Shown here: one piece after another, positions 26,586 to 41,547 of the stretch
Layout: each line of letters starts with the position of its first letter
How positions within the stretch are numbered: the first letter of the stretch is position 1
Source of the DNA: Octopus vulgaris
Lineage: Eukaryota
DNA: 64,000 bases
NCBI GenBank assembly: GCA_951406725.2
Contig: OX597830.1
Location: 30,132,001-30,196,000, forward strand
Direction: 5' to 3'
Made by a program: the position numbers and the translations under genes
The notes under the pieces: generated by a model
Told to the model about the DNA's origin: nothing
The model's input: the letters and a program-made list of their open reading frames with translations, nothing else
Database searches by the model: none

Positions 26586-26657
26586 GAAAACCTCCTCCTC
26601 GTCATCTTCCTCCTCCTCCTCCTCCTCATCATCATCATCATCATTATTATTATCATT

Positions 26658-27103
26658 GAGTGAGAGAGCAGTGCATGCCATCAAAGTGACACTGAGGTAA
26701 AATATACGAAGCCCAGTATACCCATCATGACTACCCGTCTGATAAGGGTACTCTAGACACATGCATCACAACCATGCGCGACATGGTGATCTCATATCAA
26801 GATAAGCAGGTCGAGTAGCCAATCCTGCTCAAAAGGTCCTTAAGTAAGGATTGTTTAAGGATATTGAACGAACCACCCATGTTTCCAAAGGTGAATTATC
26901 CAAACCTCTAAAAATTCCTTTCAGCACACGGTTATGATGCTCCCCCCACTACTTCTGCTCAAGATCAGAGATGCACATATCATCAGCCACTAAGGGACAT
27001 GGTCAACTGGTTACGGTCAAACAACTGACAAGCAAATCTGTGGTAGTGAGCAGAATATTTGCTGTAGCCCATCTTTTATACCAAGACAAAGCAATGTACA
27101 TGA
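26658..27103 (-). mobile_element. Repeat family D
   Basis: Homologous to 59502-60056, with an internal deletion and a 5' truncation. Confidence 0.85.
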
Positions 27104-27121
27104 CACGATAAATAATATTAC

Positions 27122-27190
<69 letters not shown>

Positions 27191-27210
27191 TAATAATAAT
27201 AATAATAATA

Positions 27211-27699
27211 ATGTACATTGTTTTGTCTTGGTATAAAAGATGGGCTACAGCAAATATTCTGCTCAATACCACAGATTTGCTTGTCAGTTGTTTGACCTTA
27301 ACCAGTTGAGCATGTCCCTTAGTGGCTGACGATATGTGCATCTCTGATCATGAGCAGAAGTAGTGGGGGAGCATCATAGCCATGTGTTGAGAGGGATGCT
27401 TTGGGGTTTGAATAGTTCACCTCTGGAAACATGGGTGGTTCTTTCAACATCCTTAAACAACCCTTATTCGGGGACCGTTTGAGCGGGATGGGCTACTCAA
27501 CCTGAAGAAAATTCAAACTGGGCCCCACCTGCAAGGTCATGTGCTGTTTATCTTGATATGAGATCACCATGTCGCGCACATATGGTTGTGATGCATGTGC
27601 CTGGTGTACCTTTATCAGACGGGTAGTCATGATGGGTATATTGGGCTTCGTATATTTTACCCCAGTGTCACTTTGATGGCATGAACTGCTCTCTCACTC
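27211..27699 (+). mobile_element. Repeat family D
   Basis: Reverse complement of 59502-59990. (AAT)n on both sides. Confidence 0.88.
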
Positions 27700-28025
<326 letters not shown>

Positions 28026-28979
28026 ATGAGTGCTCCAGCGAATTTAACAATAGACAGAGGGTCACAAACTATATGTAATTTTTGTGTTGTGTTATTTTTC
28101 AGTGTAGTGTTCTGAAGCTGTGTTGCTCTTTGGAGAGGAAGATGTGTTTCTGTTAGTGGCGTAAAGTTTAACAAGTCTAAAATTTTTGAGGGTGGAAACA
28201 TGGTGGATCTGGGAAACATGCATTATACGTCACTTAGGCTTTCTTTGCGCAGAGAATTTCTACAATTTTTGTTCAGCCACGAAACACTGAGAAATTGACA
28301 TTGTTGATACGAATAGTTGTGAATATTGGTAATAATTCCTTCATGCTCCTAGGTGTATAATGCGTATATTTATGACTATGTCTAGCACTATAGTGTTGGA
28401 GTTTTTCATGACATTACTGTTGATGTTATGTTATCGAACGAAAGGAAAGTGCCAGATTCTTAATCTAGGCAGGAAATGCTGATTTTCCATTTTCTGCTTC
28501 TGTGTTCTTTGTATGGTAGTTTATTTTCGAGAAATATTTTATAAAAGATAAAAAAGATGCATCAATCTAAGATGGTTTATTGATTGTGTTACTAGTAGAT
28601 CGGTCAACATATTTTGGTGCATTATGTTCTTTCCATACTGGCAGAAATTTCTACGACAACACTGGGGCTCTGTTGCTTCAACCCCAAATCAATTGTCTAT
28701 TTTTCTTTTTTACTGGGGAGGAGACGGAGAGACTTACGAACATGGCTAATTGCCACCCTTCGTCACAAAATGTTGCCCAAGTCTGTGCATACTGGTGTAG
28801 ATGTAGTTTGAAAACTGACTGACGGAAGCTCTTACAGTTTGTGTATCGCTTAATGTGACTATGCTTGAGTATACATTCATACATATATACACATACATAC
28901 ACACTCACACACATACATATGTGTGTGTGTATTACATATTACAGACATATATATATATATATATGTATTACATATTACA

Positions 28980-29029
<50 letters not shown>

Positions 29030-30697
29030 TACATATATGTACACAGAGAGACACACAAACACGTTACATACTCTGGTATTTATTTTCTAGGATTACCAAT
29101 AATTAAAAAGCTAAGTCTCAAAAGAAACTGCTGCTATTACAACACAGCAGTCTGTCTTTTTGATATTGTACGTAACAGATACATTCATTTCTTTTCTAAA
29201 AGGAAAATGGCTTGTCATTCGTAAGGTTATTGTAAGCAACTAAAAGTTTTAAATTCTTAACAAATGCAGCGAGATTATCAGACTATCGGAATATAGTTAG
29301 AATCTGACTTAACCATCCACTTGGATGTTAATGTAGAAAACGCAAGAGAAAATTTGTATTGATTAAAAATGACATTGACAATATCAGAAGCGACATAAAG
29401 GATTATTGTTGAATGAAGAATCTAACACTGTTATCATTAAGGTGAAGGGCAACAGCTGCTGCATGTTAATGGTAAATTGTTCCTCAGAAATTATTAGTTA
29501 TTTTTACCAGTAGTAAACACTTCTATTGACGCCACTGAAATACAGGTATCTGTTTCAATTAAATGTTGCTCTGTGAAGATGAAGCTGTGAGGCAAGTGAA
29601 AAGAGCTTTCATTAGCGTCTACAGTTATGAATAAATTTCAATATAAATCAAGTTAATTAATTAGCTGGTGCTTCTATATCAATAATGATTTTGTTTTTCT
29701 GATTGTAGGTGAATGCACTAGCAGCTTCAATGTGAATGCACATCTTTAGTTTAATTTTGATGTGCCTATTCGGTCTGAAATTGGAATGTGCTTACATTAT
29801 ATTTTACTCCCCACCCATTTAACTATATATATATCAGCTATAACATGAGATTTCCTCGGTATAGTTTGCATGTTATACGGCTTTTCTGCTTAAATGTAAA
29901 TTCACTATACTTGTAAAGCTAATACTCTTGACGAATGCATCATATATACAGAACCTAACACCTGTGTTTGTGTATTTGTAGTTTTGTGTTTAAGCGAGAA
30001 ATTTATACAATTTCATAGCATACGAATGGTGTCGTTACACAACGAGGAAAGCATTGAACTATTTACCTCAATATCTCAGTATTTTCGCCAGTAAGTAATT
30101 CCGTGTTCAAAAGTTTTCATGGGGCGTAAATTACCCTTTTATTCCTCCAGGTGTCCATGAAATGAATACCTTTAATATAGTAGGATCGATTTGATCGAAT
30201 AATACCTTTGCTAGACAAAAAGGAAAGAATATGATTCATTTTTCTTTTTGTAGACAAAGTCCAACACCAATAGATTGTCTGCCCTTAGGACCAAACTCGT
30301 CGTTATAAAGACAGATGATGTCATATCACTTGAGACACACACAAAAAAAATTCAATAACTTATCTACTCAACCTAAGAGAGAAGAAATGAGAAGATTTGA
30401 TCTTCATGCTTTTCTCAATGGAATTAGCAGCCTAAGTGGAGAGCATTCAGCGTAGAAAGGAGATATTTTGTAATGTTTAATCTAGAGCGCACAGAACGCA
30501 TTGAGCCGTGTAAATTGAACGAATTAATATTTTCAACCTATGTTCCTTCCAGGTGGATGTCTATAGGAATTTAAAAACAAAAGATATGAGGCAGCCAAGT
30601 GAAGGAAATGTTTGGGGGTGGAATATAAAACTAAATGTATCATGAATTTAATAAGCACCGGCGGATAACTGTACGAAAAAGCAAAACAAAAGCTATA

Positions 30698-30764
<67 letters not shown>

Positions 30765-31059
30765 GTGATATCAGCTCGCCTATCGTGAAAATCTTTTCAC
30801 CAATGAAATTGATTCGTTTCGTTTGTTTGTGATGTTAATTAAGTCTGTTAGTGGAACAAGTTCCTTTCAAACTTTTAGCTCTCACTTCGTTGAAACTAAA
30901 TTCGCTTCACTGGGTTTTTTCTTCTTCTAAACACATATACATTTTACGCAGTGTACATCATCCTCTCTATTCTACATCTCACGCATTATTTTTCATTACA
31001 CATATATGTGTTTGGGTGCGTGTTTTTGCGTATATATATATATATATATATATATATTG

Positions 31060-31263
<204 letters not shown>

Positions 31264-32283
31264 ATATATAAAGTATATATATATATATATGAAGAGAGAG
31301 AGAGAGAGGTCTACATCGAAACACGCATGTGTTCACATGAATGGAAAGTTTAGAAAAAATCAAAAGTCCTTTTGTATTATTTGGCCTGGCTATACAGCAC
31401 CAATATACGCATAGATACATGCATACGTAAATACACACACACACACACACATATATGTATGTATACATATATACATGTATCATATGTAAATACGTAAATA
31501 TGTGTGTGTGCGGGCGGGCGCGTGTGTGTGTACACATATACCTTCATACAAACATACTTACGTTCCTTCTTGATAAGAAATTACTGGCGTGCATGTGCGC
31601 GTGTATTTGTGTGTGAATCTGTGTATTTGCCAATATGTAGCTGGGTATGAATAAAAGCCACATGATACCTAAATACTAGAAGGGCCATGCAAAACAGAAA
31701 ATATATCGCATATAATGAATGCGAAATACGAATTCATGTTTCATTAACGGATTTGAACATCGTATTGGTTGGGGCCGACTGCTTTTTACAAACCCTGCAC
31801 CTGTACCTATATATGTGAGGTGGATGGAGAACGGTGGGGGATTTTGCATTCGCATATAACATGTAATTCAATTAGGTTCATACGACAACTCCGCATGAGT
31901 ACACATGTTATATTAAAGTACTGAAGTCACCTTATTTTTAAGGTAAGTACGAAAAGAAAAGCAAAATTGTTTACTTCTCTGATAATGATTGAATGATTAT
32001 GAGAAATAGCGAGTTCTGTAAACTATAGCCTTCTTAAGACACACAGGATTTTTTTTTTCATTTTCAATCCCAACTCAGTGTTACTGAAACAGACCTCAAC
32101 CTTCCTTATTTTTTATTAAACCTGCTTTTTGGGAATTGATTTACTTAATATCTAATTTCCATTTGAATACAGCAGAGTAATATAATATTTGAATGTTATG
32201 TCACTTTAATCTTTTTTTTTTTAAGCACAACGAATGTTTATTTTGCTTTTGTTATTTAAACTTAGCAGATGAAATAGATATAT

Positions 32284-32516
32284 ATTTCTTTACTGCCCAG
32301 AAGGGGTTGAACATAGAGGGGGCAAACAAGGACAGACAAAGGGATTATGTCGATTATATCGACCCCAGTGCGAAACTCGTACTTTATTTAATCGACCCCG
32401 AACGGATGAAAGGCAAAGTCGACCTCGGCAGAATTTGAACTCAGAAAGTAACGACAGATGAAATACCGCTAATCATTTCGCCCGGCGCGCTAACGTTTCT
32501 GCCAACTCGCCGCCTT
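32284..32516 (-). mobile_element. SINE family A with 17-bp target-site duplication
   Basis: cagatgaaatagatata at 32266-32282 and 32517-32533. Confidence 0.9.
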
Positions 32517-33430
32517 CAGATGAAATAGATATAGACTTCGAAATATTCATTTAACATCTCGTCATTTATACAGCAATAAAGTTTATCTAGAACTACATTG
32601 TTTAATGTATCCCTCGGTTTGGTAATCATTAGGATGAAATATGTACGTGTTTGGTGGCTGTTTCTATCGGAAAGACAGACCACTGTTATGTAGCCCCTGT
32701 TGATGATCTAAAATGCTTTCTAATTTTAGGACAAGACCAGCAGTTTTGAAGAAAGTGGTTGGTCGATTACATCGACTCCAGTACTCAACTGGTACTTATT
32801 TTATCGACTCCGAAACGATGAAAGGCAAGCCGACCTCGGCAGCTTGAACTCAAAACGTAACGAGTCGGGAGGAATGTCGTTAAAGATTCTGCCAGTTCGC
32901 CATCTCAAACAGACTTAGAATGAAAGGTACAGTAACCCTTCGCCATATCACGGCTCATCTATCATGGATTATTATTTAAGCTTATGTCGATTACTTCGTG
33001 GTAAAAATAATTTTAAAAATACAATACGGTACTGTTTCTACTTCGCGAACTTCCACCTATCGCGGGGTGGGTCTTTGGAGCTTAACACTTGCGATTGTCG
33101 AGGGTTACTGTATTCCATTACAAAACTACCTCGTACTTTTTACTATTGACGCACAGTAGATCTAAGATTACATAAACTTATATTTTCCTCGCGTTTGAAG
33201 AGAGTAGAGAGATATTTAAACGAATTCTGGTTCCTATTTCTAGCAGCAAATACTACCATTTTAATGGTTTGATGTTCAATCTCAGCTTTATGCTGGGGTT
33301 AGGTTACAAATTCAAAATCAAATGTTGCGCGGTACTTTGGGCGAATATCTTCAACTATAATCCGGGGAAGACCAATGCCTGCTGAGCGAATTTAGAAGAC
33401 AAAAAGTTTGTGGACGCTCGTTGAGTATTT

Positions 33431-33480
<50 letters not shown>

Positions 33481-33484
33481 TGAG

Positions 33485-33530
<46 letters not shown>

Positions 33531-34019
33531 ATGTTTGTGATTGCCCCACTGTCGTTTGACAACCGGTATTGTTTTATTTTCGTTCCAATAACTTGGCAGT
33601 TCGACAAAAGAATGTACTAGCCATTAAAAATGTAACAATTAAAGGTAAATCAAAACTTGTGTTTTTAGACCCCTCCCCTCAAAAGTGTTAGCATTATACC
33701 TAAATTTGAAGCACATATTACTTCTAAAGATGAAAGATAGCAGAAGGGATAGAGAATAACATTATGAATTGCAAGTATTTAGTTTCTTACCCTGATATCG
33801 TTACTGAGAAATGCACCACGATCGACTTTGTGACATTTACCTTAGCACTGTTGTTAAAACAAATACCAATCAAATATTGAGATCAATCAAATCCAGTTGC
33901 CCTTCAATCAGGTATCTAACATCGTATCGATTTTAGAATCATTAGTCATATATATATATATAATTTCGAGTTGCTGAAATGTGGAGTGAATCTCTTGCAG
34001 TTTGTAGGGGAAATGTTTC

Positions 34020-34262
34020 CTTCTCGAGCCATGCCAGGCTCATAAGGGCCTGTTTCCCGGTTTCAGTGGCATATAAATTTCCCATTTGGACAGGACGCCG
34101 ATTCGTCGCAGGATTACTCATTTTTGCCAGCTGAGTGGACTGTAGCAACGCAAAATGTAGTGTTTTGCTCAGGAACACAATACATCGCCCGGTCCAGGAA
34201 TCGAAACCACAATCTTACGACTATGAATCCAGCACCCTAACCACTAAGCCCCGCACCTCCAC
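34020..34262 (-). mobile_element. SINE family C
   Basis: Collinear with 12282-12528. Confidence 0.8.
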
Positions 34263-35783
34263 AGTATGTAGTTAGGGATCATCAATTTTCCTCTGCAGAT
34301 TCAATTTTTTCATCCCGTAAAACTCAAGAGGATAAGTACCAATAAAGTATATGGGCTTGATTAAATGACTACACACCTTAGTCGAATATTGGGGCATAAT
34401 ATTAAATATGATTAATCGGTATAATTTTCAGACACGGTTGTTTAAGTTACGCACCATCCATATTTATCTCTAGTTTTTGAACTGTAAATCTAAGGAGGAA
34501 AATTAATTTTGGATTAGGACATCCAATTCGTTGTAGGACATTTGCCTCAGGCAGAATGGAAATTGAACCTGCAAGCTTATAATTCCATTGACAATTTCGA
34601 AGTATTATAGTTACTTACACCTAACATGGCATACTTAGAGGAAGACGGGTAGTGTTGTTAATCTAATTACAGGGATTCCCTGATAAACGAGTAAAGAAGA
34701 AAGAAAGTAGAGATTTGGTTGGAAAGCTTACAGGATCATGGGCTGTGTGAAGGATCAAGTTTACCAACTAAAATCAGAGAAGAGCCCGTCCGAACATCTC
34801 CCTGCTCCGACTCTGTCAAAGCCAGTTTTATTTACAAAACTTCGGTCCCCCGCCCCATGTGTGTGGTAAGATACTCCTGCCTGAAATGACAAAACCTCTC
34901 GATTTCCACCGAACTTGTTAACTTCATAGACATGCATTCCGCCATGATGTTAGCTGTAGTCTTGTTAATTGTATTTTCAATGTCTTAATATTTTTTGTTT
35001 TAGCTACAGGCATATTAAATCACGAGTGATGGCATGTAAAACACTTTTCTCGGTATCAAATTCCATTAAAGAATATGCCATTTCCTTACATCTTTCGAGA
35101 AATGGAGTTGTTTCGTCTTTATTTTTGGTGGAGTCAAACTGAACGAATACCAAGTTCATATGTGCCAAATACCTTAGAATAAACATAATCCTCATTGTTC
35201 CGAGTTTGTGAGTATGTTTTGGTTCTTAGTTAGAAAGAATTCACTCCGATCACACAACTAATGATATTGAAAAAAACATAAATGTCAGACAGTCTCATTT
35301 CGTTCACCCCATTACATTCATGGCTTTGTACCTAACTTTGAAATTATTCTTGCATCAATGTACTCTTTATATTTTCATACTGTGGATTGTTTAATGCGTC
35401 TAACATGGTTTTCTCCTTTCATTCTTACGCTTCTATTGTGCATTTTGCACCTTGTTGCCCTCTACTTTTGTATCAAATATGTATTATACGGTTAAAACAG
35501 TCTGCCAAACTTCCCTTTTAACTGAGTTACATTTCAAAACCTTATTAACGCTATTTAAAGAAGATCTATTTTGTAGTTTACCTTTTTCAAATGGTGACAC
35601 CGCGCATGTATATGAATTTGTATATGCATGTATGCACCCAATTGTTTAATCATACAAACATACTTACATATACGTATGTATACACATACATATATATATA
35701 TATATATACATGTACATATACTTACATGCATGCATATATACATACATACATATATATACATATATACATACATACATTCATAC

Positions 35784-35845
<62 letters not shown>

Positions 35846-37747
35846 CTTGTATTTATTACTCGAATTTATTATACTTAACAATGGTTAGAAAAAATAAATC
35901 CCTGATTCTTTGTATTATGATGTTATTTGTAAATTGTAAAGAGTACCAATTTCCTCTCAAACGTTTTTGTCCATGTTTACACGCGTGACCACTTTGGACA
36001 ATGTTTCAAAAGTCGTTTTACGTATGCTCAAAGTTCTGAAAGAGCAATCAATTCATTGCTCCCACCCAGCCTTTTACATATAGGTAGGCTTTCTCTTGTA
36101 TACACTGCACAAACATAATATCACTTCAACTTTTCCTCATTACCCCCATACTTTGTCTGGTTCCTTAAGAGTTTGTCATATTTTAGTATGTCAACGTAAA
36201 TAATTGTGAAAAAATATCACGTTCTCTAGATTGTATAAAAATGAGTAAAATTTCTAATTTCTGACTGAAGTGCCGTCACGAATTTGGTTAGTTTTCACAC
36301 ACTAAGAGACAAAAAGAAAAATAAATGTAGAAAACTTCCGATTCTAACATGTGGAGAATCCATTAAATAACTTTGTCATTTGCTCATACGTAGATTTTAT
36401 AAAATTCTCACACCGGTTACGATTACTGTTGCTTATTCTTGTACATTAATGTGTATCATTATACTGATTTCTTTTCACCAATCTGCCAAATACAGAGAAA
36501 GTTAAAGCCCAAAGACATTCGGATTTGCCAATGGAACCTGCTCATCTACAACAGTATTCATTGATCTGGTTTTCTCCTCCTCGTCTCATTAAACTGTTAG
36601 CAACTAATTTTATTTCCAGGCGATACATTAAATATGATGGCCACGAACGCGACTTTTTATGCATTGTATTCAGTGAAATTATTATTCATGAAATGTTGAA
36701 TAATTATTAATAGTTTTGAAGTTTCGTTGCCAGAATCTTACCATCCAAACAGCAATCATATATTTTTCTCTCTTAGTTTGTTGTTTATATTTTAAAATAC
36801 CACATGTCCTCTCTCAATAAACATGACATATTTCTCTGTAAACCTTATTCAGCTCTATTTTACATTGTTTTATCCAGTGACATTAATGCATATTTGAATA
36901 TAATATGCAGCTATACCATATGACGCCTTGTAAATACATGTGGAATACTCGAGAAAAATGTCCCTTATTGTTTCCTTGTCTTATACAACCTTCTGTGTCT
37001 CTTGAAGTGAAAAATTACATCTAATATTTATGATCGTCTGTATTGTACAATATATTTCTGTATATTTCATCTCATACACAATCATACAAAGTAGAGTACC
37101 ACTTTCATAAAGTCAATGAATAATGACTCCGTTGTCTCCTTCAGTTTGAAATCTATGAATTTTTTATTTGTCGCTGTTTCTTTTCCATCAAAATCTGCTT
37201 AAAATTTACAGGAGGAAACCAAACTTCATGTGCGACAGTTCAAGGCTTCCGAACATATTCTCTTCTCTATACACCATTACTAGCTTCATTGAAACACCCG
37301 CTAATTTTAACACCACTACCTCCATCACCTATATCACTACCGCTATTGCTACTTCACTCATACTTTTGTGTTTATGCGACTGTATTCCTACCTATATCTG
37401 CGTAAGACCCTCAACCATTTGGCTTTCGAGTCCGTCATGTGTTTAGGGCAAAATGAAATGCATTCTAATGGATTCCTTTTCTTTAATAAAGCATATTGAC
37501 TCGTAATCCCAATAATCTAAGTCCTTTATTTCAAATAACCTAGCCATATTCCGTGTAACCGATAACTCCAGGACTTATTTGGAAATATGCATCGGGCTTC
37601 TGGACGGTTTCGTCTAGCAAATTCCAGTCACAAGGTTTTGGTGAATCTGAGGCTTTAACAGAAGACCAGGTGCCAGACAATGGAAAGTAAACCCTGGAAC
37701 TACGTGTTTGCGAATTACTTAACATGTCAAGTAGGTCCTCGCCTAAC

Positions 37748-37793
<46 letters not shown>

Positions 37794-37815
37794 GGTGGTG
37801 GTGGTGGTGGTGGTG

Positions 37816-37876
<61 letters not shown>

Positions 37877-37911
37877 CAGTAGCAGTAGCAGTGTATGGTG
37901 GTGTTGGTTAT

Positions 37912-38105
37912 AAGGCAGCGAGCTGGCAGAAATCTTAGCGCACAGGGCGAAATGCTTAGCAGTATTTCGTCTGCCGCTATGTTCTGAGTTCAAATTCCGC
38001 CGAGGTCGACTTTGCCTTTCATCCTTCCGGGGTCGATTAAATAAGTACAAGTTACGCACTGTTTGTCTTTTCTGTGTTTAGCCCCTTGCGGGTAGTAAAG
38101 AAGTA
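37912..38105 (+). mobile_element. SINE family A with internal deletion
   Basis: Family A head, core and tail. Confidence 0.8.
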
Positions 38106-38607
38106 GGTGGTGGTTATGTTGGCGCTGGAAATGGATGTAACGACGAGCAACGTTGTCATGAAAAACATTTTCTAATAGTAGCCGATGCTGTTCCTTTGTT
38201 AATATCCCTATCATCTCCATGAAGTACAAGATAATTACAGCTGAAGCAGCAATAACAGGACATCACATTAATACTGTTACCGTCCCAAGCACATTGAACG
38301 TGATTGCTGGCCAAGTTTTACTTAGATGATCTTACATGAGTAGAATGTGTGGCCTGTCGGTTACGCTAGATGGAAAGAAGAGTATAACAACAAACGGAGT
38401 GGGAGTGAGTGGAAACTGTAATAAGACATCCATCCATTCCATCCATCCATCCATACATACATACATACATACATACATACATACAAATACATATACACAC
38501 ACATACATATATATATAGTTAATCCAAACAAGAAAACACAAAAAAACACAACAACGCGAGGACGTGGAACAAATATAGTATTATTGGACGCTCAGGAAAG
38601 AAGGAGG

Positions 38608-38642
38608 GTTTAACGTTTCGAGCGGAGCTCTTCGTCGGAAAC
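38608..38642 (-). ncRNA. Minimal hammerhead-like motif, U4C core variant
   Basis: GTTT-CCGACGA-A-GAGC(tcc)GCTC-GAAA-CG-TT-AAAC. 4-bp helix I, AACGTT palindrome, in a short element (about 38516-38662) abutting (TA)n. Confidence 0.62.
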
Positions 38643-39288
38643 ATAAGAGAAGGAAAGAACCAGGCGATTCTTTCAGTTTCCGTCTACCAAATCCTCTCAC
38701 AAGGGTTTGGTCGGCCAGAGGTTATAGTAGAAGACACTTGCCCAAGGTGCAACGCAGTGGGACTGAACCCGGAACCATGTGGTTGGTAAGCAAGCTACTT
38801 ACCACTGGTTTCAAACATTGGGATCAGGCCAATAATTTCGCGAGGACGGTTAAGCTGATTACATCCAGACTAGTGCTCAACTGGCACCTATTTGATCGAG
38901 CTTGAGGGCATGAAAGGCAAAGTCGACCTCGGCAGAATTTGAACTCAGAAGGTAAGGACAGACGCAATGCCGCTAAGCATTTTGCCCGTCGCCAAAGTTA
39001 ACAATGACTTCAAATTTTGACAAAAGGCCAGAAATTTCAGGAAACGCTTAAGGCGATTACATGGACCCCAGTGGATGAAAGGATAAAAAGCAAAGCCGAC
39101 CTCATTAAATGGCTGAATCGGTTTGAGCGTTGGATAGAATGACATGCAATATTTGTAATGTACATGATAACACTTTCAATCAGCTAAGATTAAAAGCCAT
39201 GAGAGCCACTGCCTGGTACTGCATCAGGGCATAATATTATTATTATTATTATTGTTATTATTATTATTATTGTTGTTGTTATTATTAA

Positions 39289-39355
<67 letters not shown>

Positions 39356-39367
39356 GCTGTTGTTGTT

Positions 39368-39768
39368 GAAGGCGGTGAGCTGGCAGAATCGTTATTTCTC
39401 CGGGCGAAATGCTTAGCGGTATTTCGTCTGCCGCTACGTTCTGAGTTCAAATTCCGCCGGGGTCGACTTTGCCTTTCATCCTTTCGGGGTCGATTAAATA
39501 AGTACCAGTTACGCACTGGGATCGATGTAATCGGCTTAATGCGTTTGTCTGTCCTTGTTTGTCCCCCCTCTGCGTTTAGCCCCTTGTGAGTAGTAAAGAA
39601 ATAGGTATTTGTTTTCGCTATGTTCTGTGTTCAAATTCCACAGACGTCGAATTTCCCTTTCATCTTTTCGAGGTCGATAAAGTAAATACCAGTAAAAGAC
39701 TGTGGTTGATGTAATCGATTCATCTCCCTCCCCAAAATGGTTGCGCTTGTGGCAAAATTTGAAACCAT
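39368..39768 (+). mobile_element. SINE family A dimer
   Basis: Full unit plus a second unit joined at aaagaaata|ggtattt (about 39603). Confidence 0.82.
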
Positions 39769-39797
39769 TATTATTACTATTATTACTATTATTATTA

Positions 39798-39919
<122 letters not shown>

Positions 39920-40480
39920 GAGAGAGAGAGATAGAGAGAGAGGGAGAGAGTAGTGCATGCCATCAAAGTGAAAATTGGGTAAAATATACGAAGCCCAGTA
40001 TACCCATCATGACTACCCGTCTGATAAGGGTACACCAGGCACATGCATCACAAACATATGTGCGCGACATGGTGACCTTATATCAAGATAAACAGCGCAT
40101 GACCTTGCACGTGGGGCCCAGTTAGAATTTTCTTCTGATCGAGTAGCCCATCCCGCTCAAAAGGTCCCTGGATAAAGATTGCTAAAGGATGTTGAAGGAA
40201 CCACCCATGTTTCCAAAGTGAATTATCCAAATCTCTAAGAATTCCTTTCAACACACGGTTATGATGCTCACCCACTACTTCTGCTCGTGGTCAGAGATGC
40301 ACATATCGTCAGCCACTAAGGGACATGGTCAACTGGTTAAGGTCAAGCAACTGACAAGCAAATCTGTGGCATTGAGCAGAATATTTGCTGTAGCCCATCT
40401 TTTATACCAAGACAAAACAATGTACATGATAACACTTCCAAACAGTTAAGATCAGAAGCCACCAGAGCCACTGCCTGGTA
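39920..40480 (-). mobile_element. Repeat family D, nearly full length
   Basis: Homologous to 59502-60056, with its 3' end in (TTA)n. Confidence 0.88.
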
Positions 40481-40504
40481 AAGAATAAACTGAAACAAGG
40501 TCAA

Positions 40505-40918
40505 GGCGTAGGAGTGGCTGTGTGGTAAGTAGCTTGTTTAACAACCACATGGTTCCGGGTCCAGTCCCACTGCGTGGCACCATGGGTAACTGTCTTCTAC
40601 TATAGCCTCGGGCCGACCAAATCCTTGCGAGTGGATTTGATTGACGGAAACTGAAAGAAGCCTGTCGTATATATGTATATATGTACGTTTGTGTATATGT
40701 TTGTGTGTCTGTGTTTGTCCCCCCCCCCGCCAACATCGCTTGACAACCGATGCTGGTGTGTTTACGCTCCCGTAACTTAGCGGTTCGGCAAAAGAGCCCG
40801 ATTGAGTAAGTACTAGACTTACAAAGAATAAGTCCTGGAGTCGATTTGCTTGACGAAAGGCGATGCTCCAGTATGGCCACAGTCAAGTGACTGAAACAAA
40901 TAAAAGACTAAAAAGAGT
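40505..40918 (+). mobile_element. SINE family B, full length
   Basis: tggctgtgtggtaag A-box, degenerate B-box, internal (TG)-rich tract, aaaagagta tail. Confidence 0.88.
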
Positions 40919-40994
40919 AGTTATTAATGTCATTGAAGTTGCTACTACCACCTTACTACTACCGCTACTACTGCAGCTACTGGTGCCGCTGCTG

Positions 40995-41028
<34 letters not shown>

Positions 41029-41379
41029 CATTGCTACTGGTGTTTTTGTTTGTTACTGCCGTCAGCGTCGTTATTATTTTTGTCTCTTCATCTGCTGCTA
41101 TTGTTTTGCCTTTGTTTTGCGTTGCCTGTCGTGCTGTTCGTTCGTCTGCACCAGTTTGGAGGAATCCATTATGCGCAGCTTGGACGTGTCGTTGGCTTTG
41201 ACCTTTTAACAACATCATTGGACTAAATTAGCATTTTGATACTGGAACAAAGTGAGCAACAAAGAAAGAATAAACTGAAACAAGGTCAAGTGGATGAGAG
41301 GAGATGTGTGGTGGGTGGTGCGGTGGTGTGAAGTGAAAACTGGAAATGGCGGAGGAAGTGAAGAGCTTGGAAGAGATGT

Positions 41380-41499
41380 GGAAGAGGAGGAGAGAGAGGA
41401 GAGAGATTGTGAGAGGAGAGAGATTTATATGTGTGTGTGAGAGGAGAGATTGTGAGAGGAGAGAGATATATATGTGAGTGAGAGGAGAGAGAGAGAGGC

Positions 41500-41547
<48 letters not shown>

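Noticed and set aside
27320-27385. CTGACGA...GAAG in family D as a hammerhead
   Set aside because: No GAAA/NUH arrangement or proper helix I and III.
35004-35195. 63-aa minus-strand ORF as a terminal exon
   Set aside because: No recognisable homology or partner exon.
37540-37725. Complex-looking 61-aa ORF with a possible acceptor
   Set aside because: Overlaps a diverged SINE-B head (tttcgtctagcaaattccagtcacaaggttttggt).
40883-41218. ORF resembling a Ser-rich GPI-anchored C-terminus
   Set aside because: The Ser run is a microsatellite and the hydrophobic tail comes from the SINE-B end.
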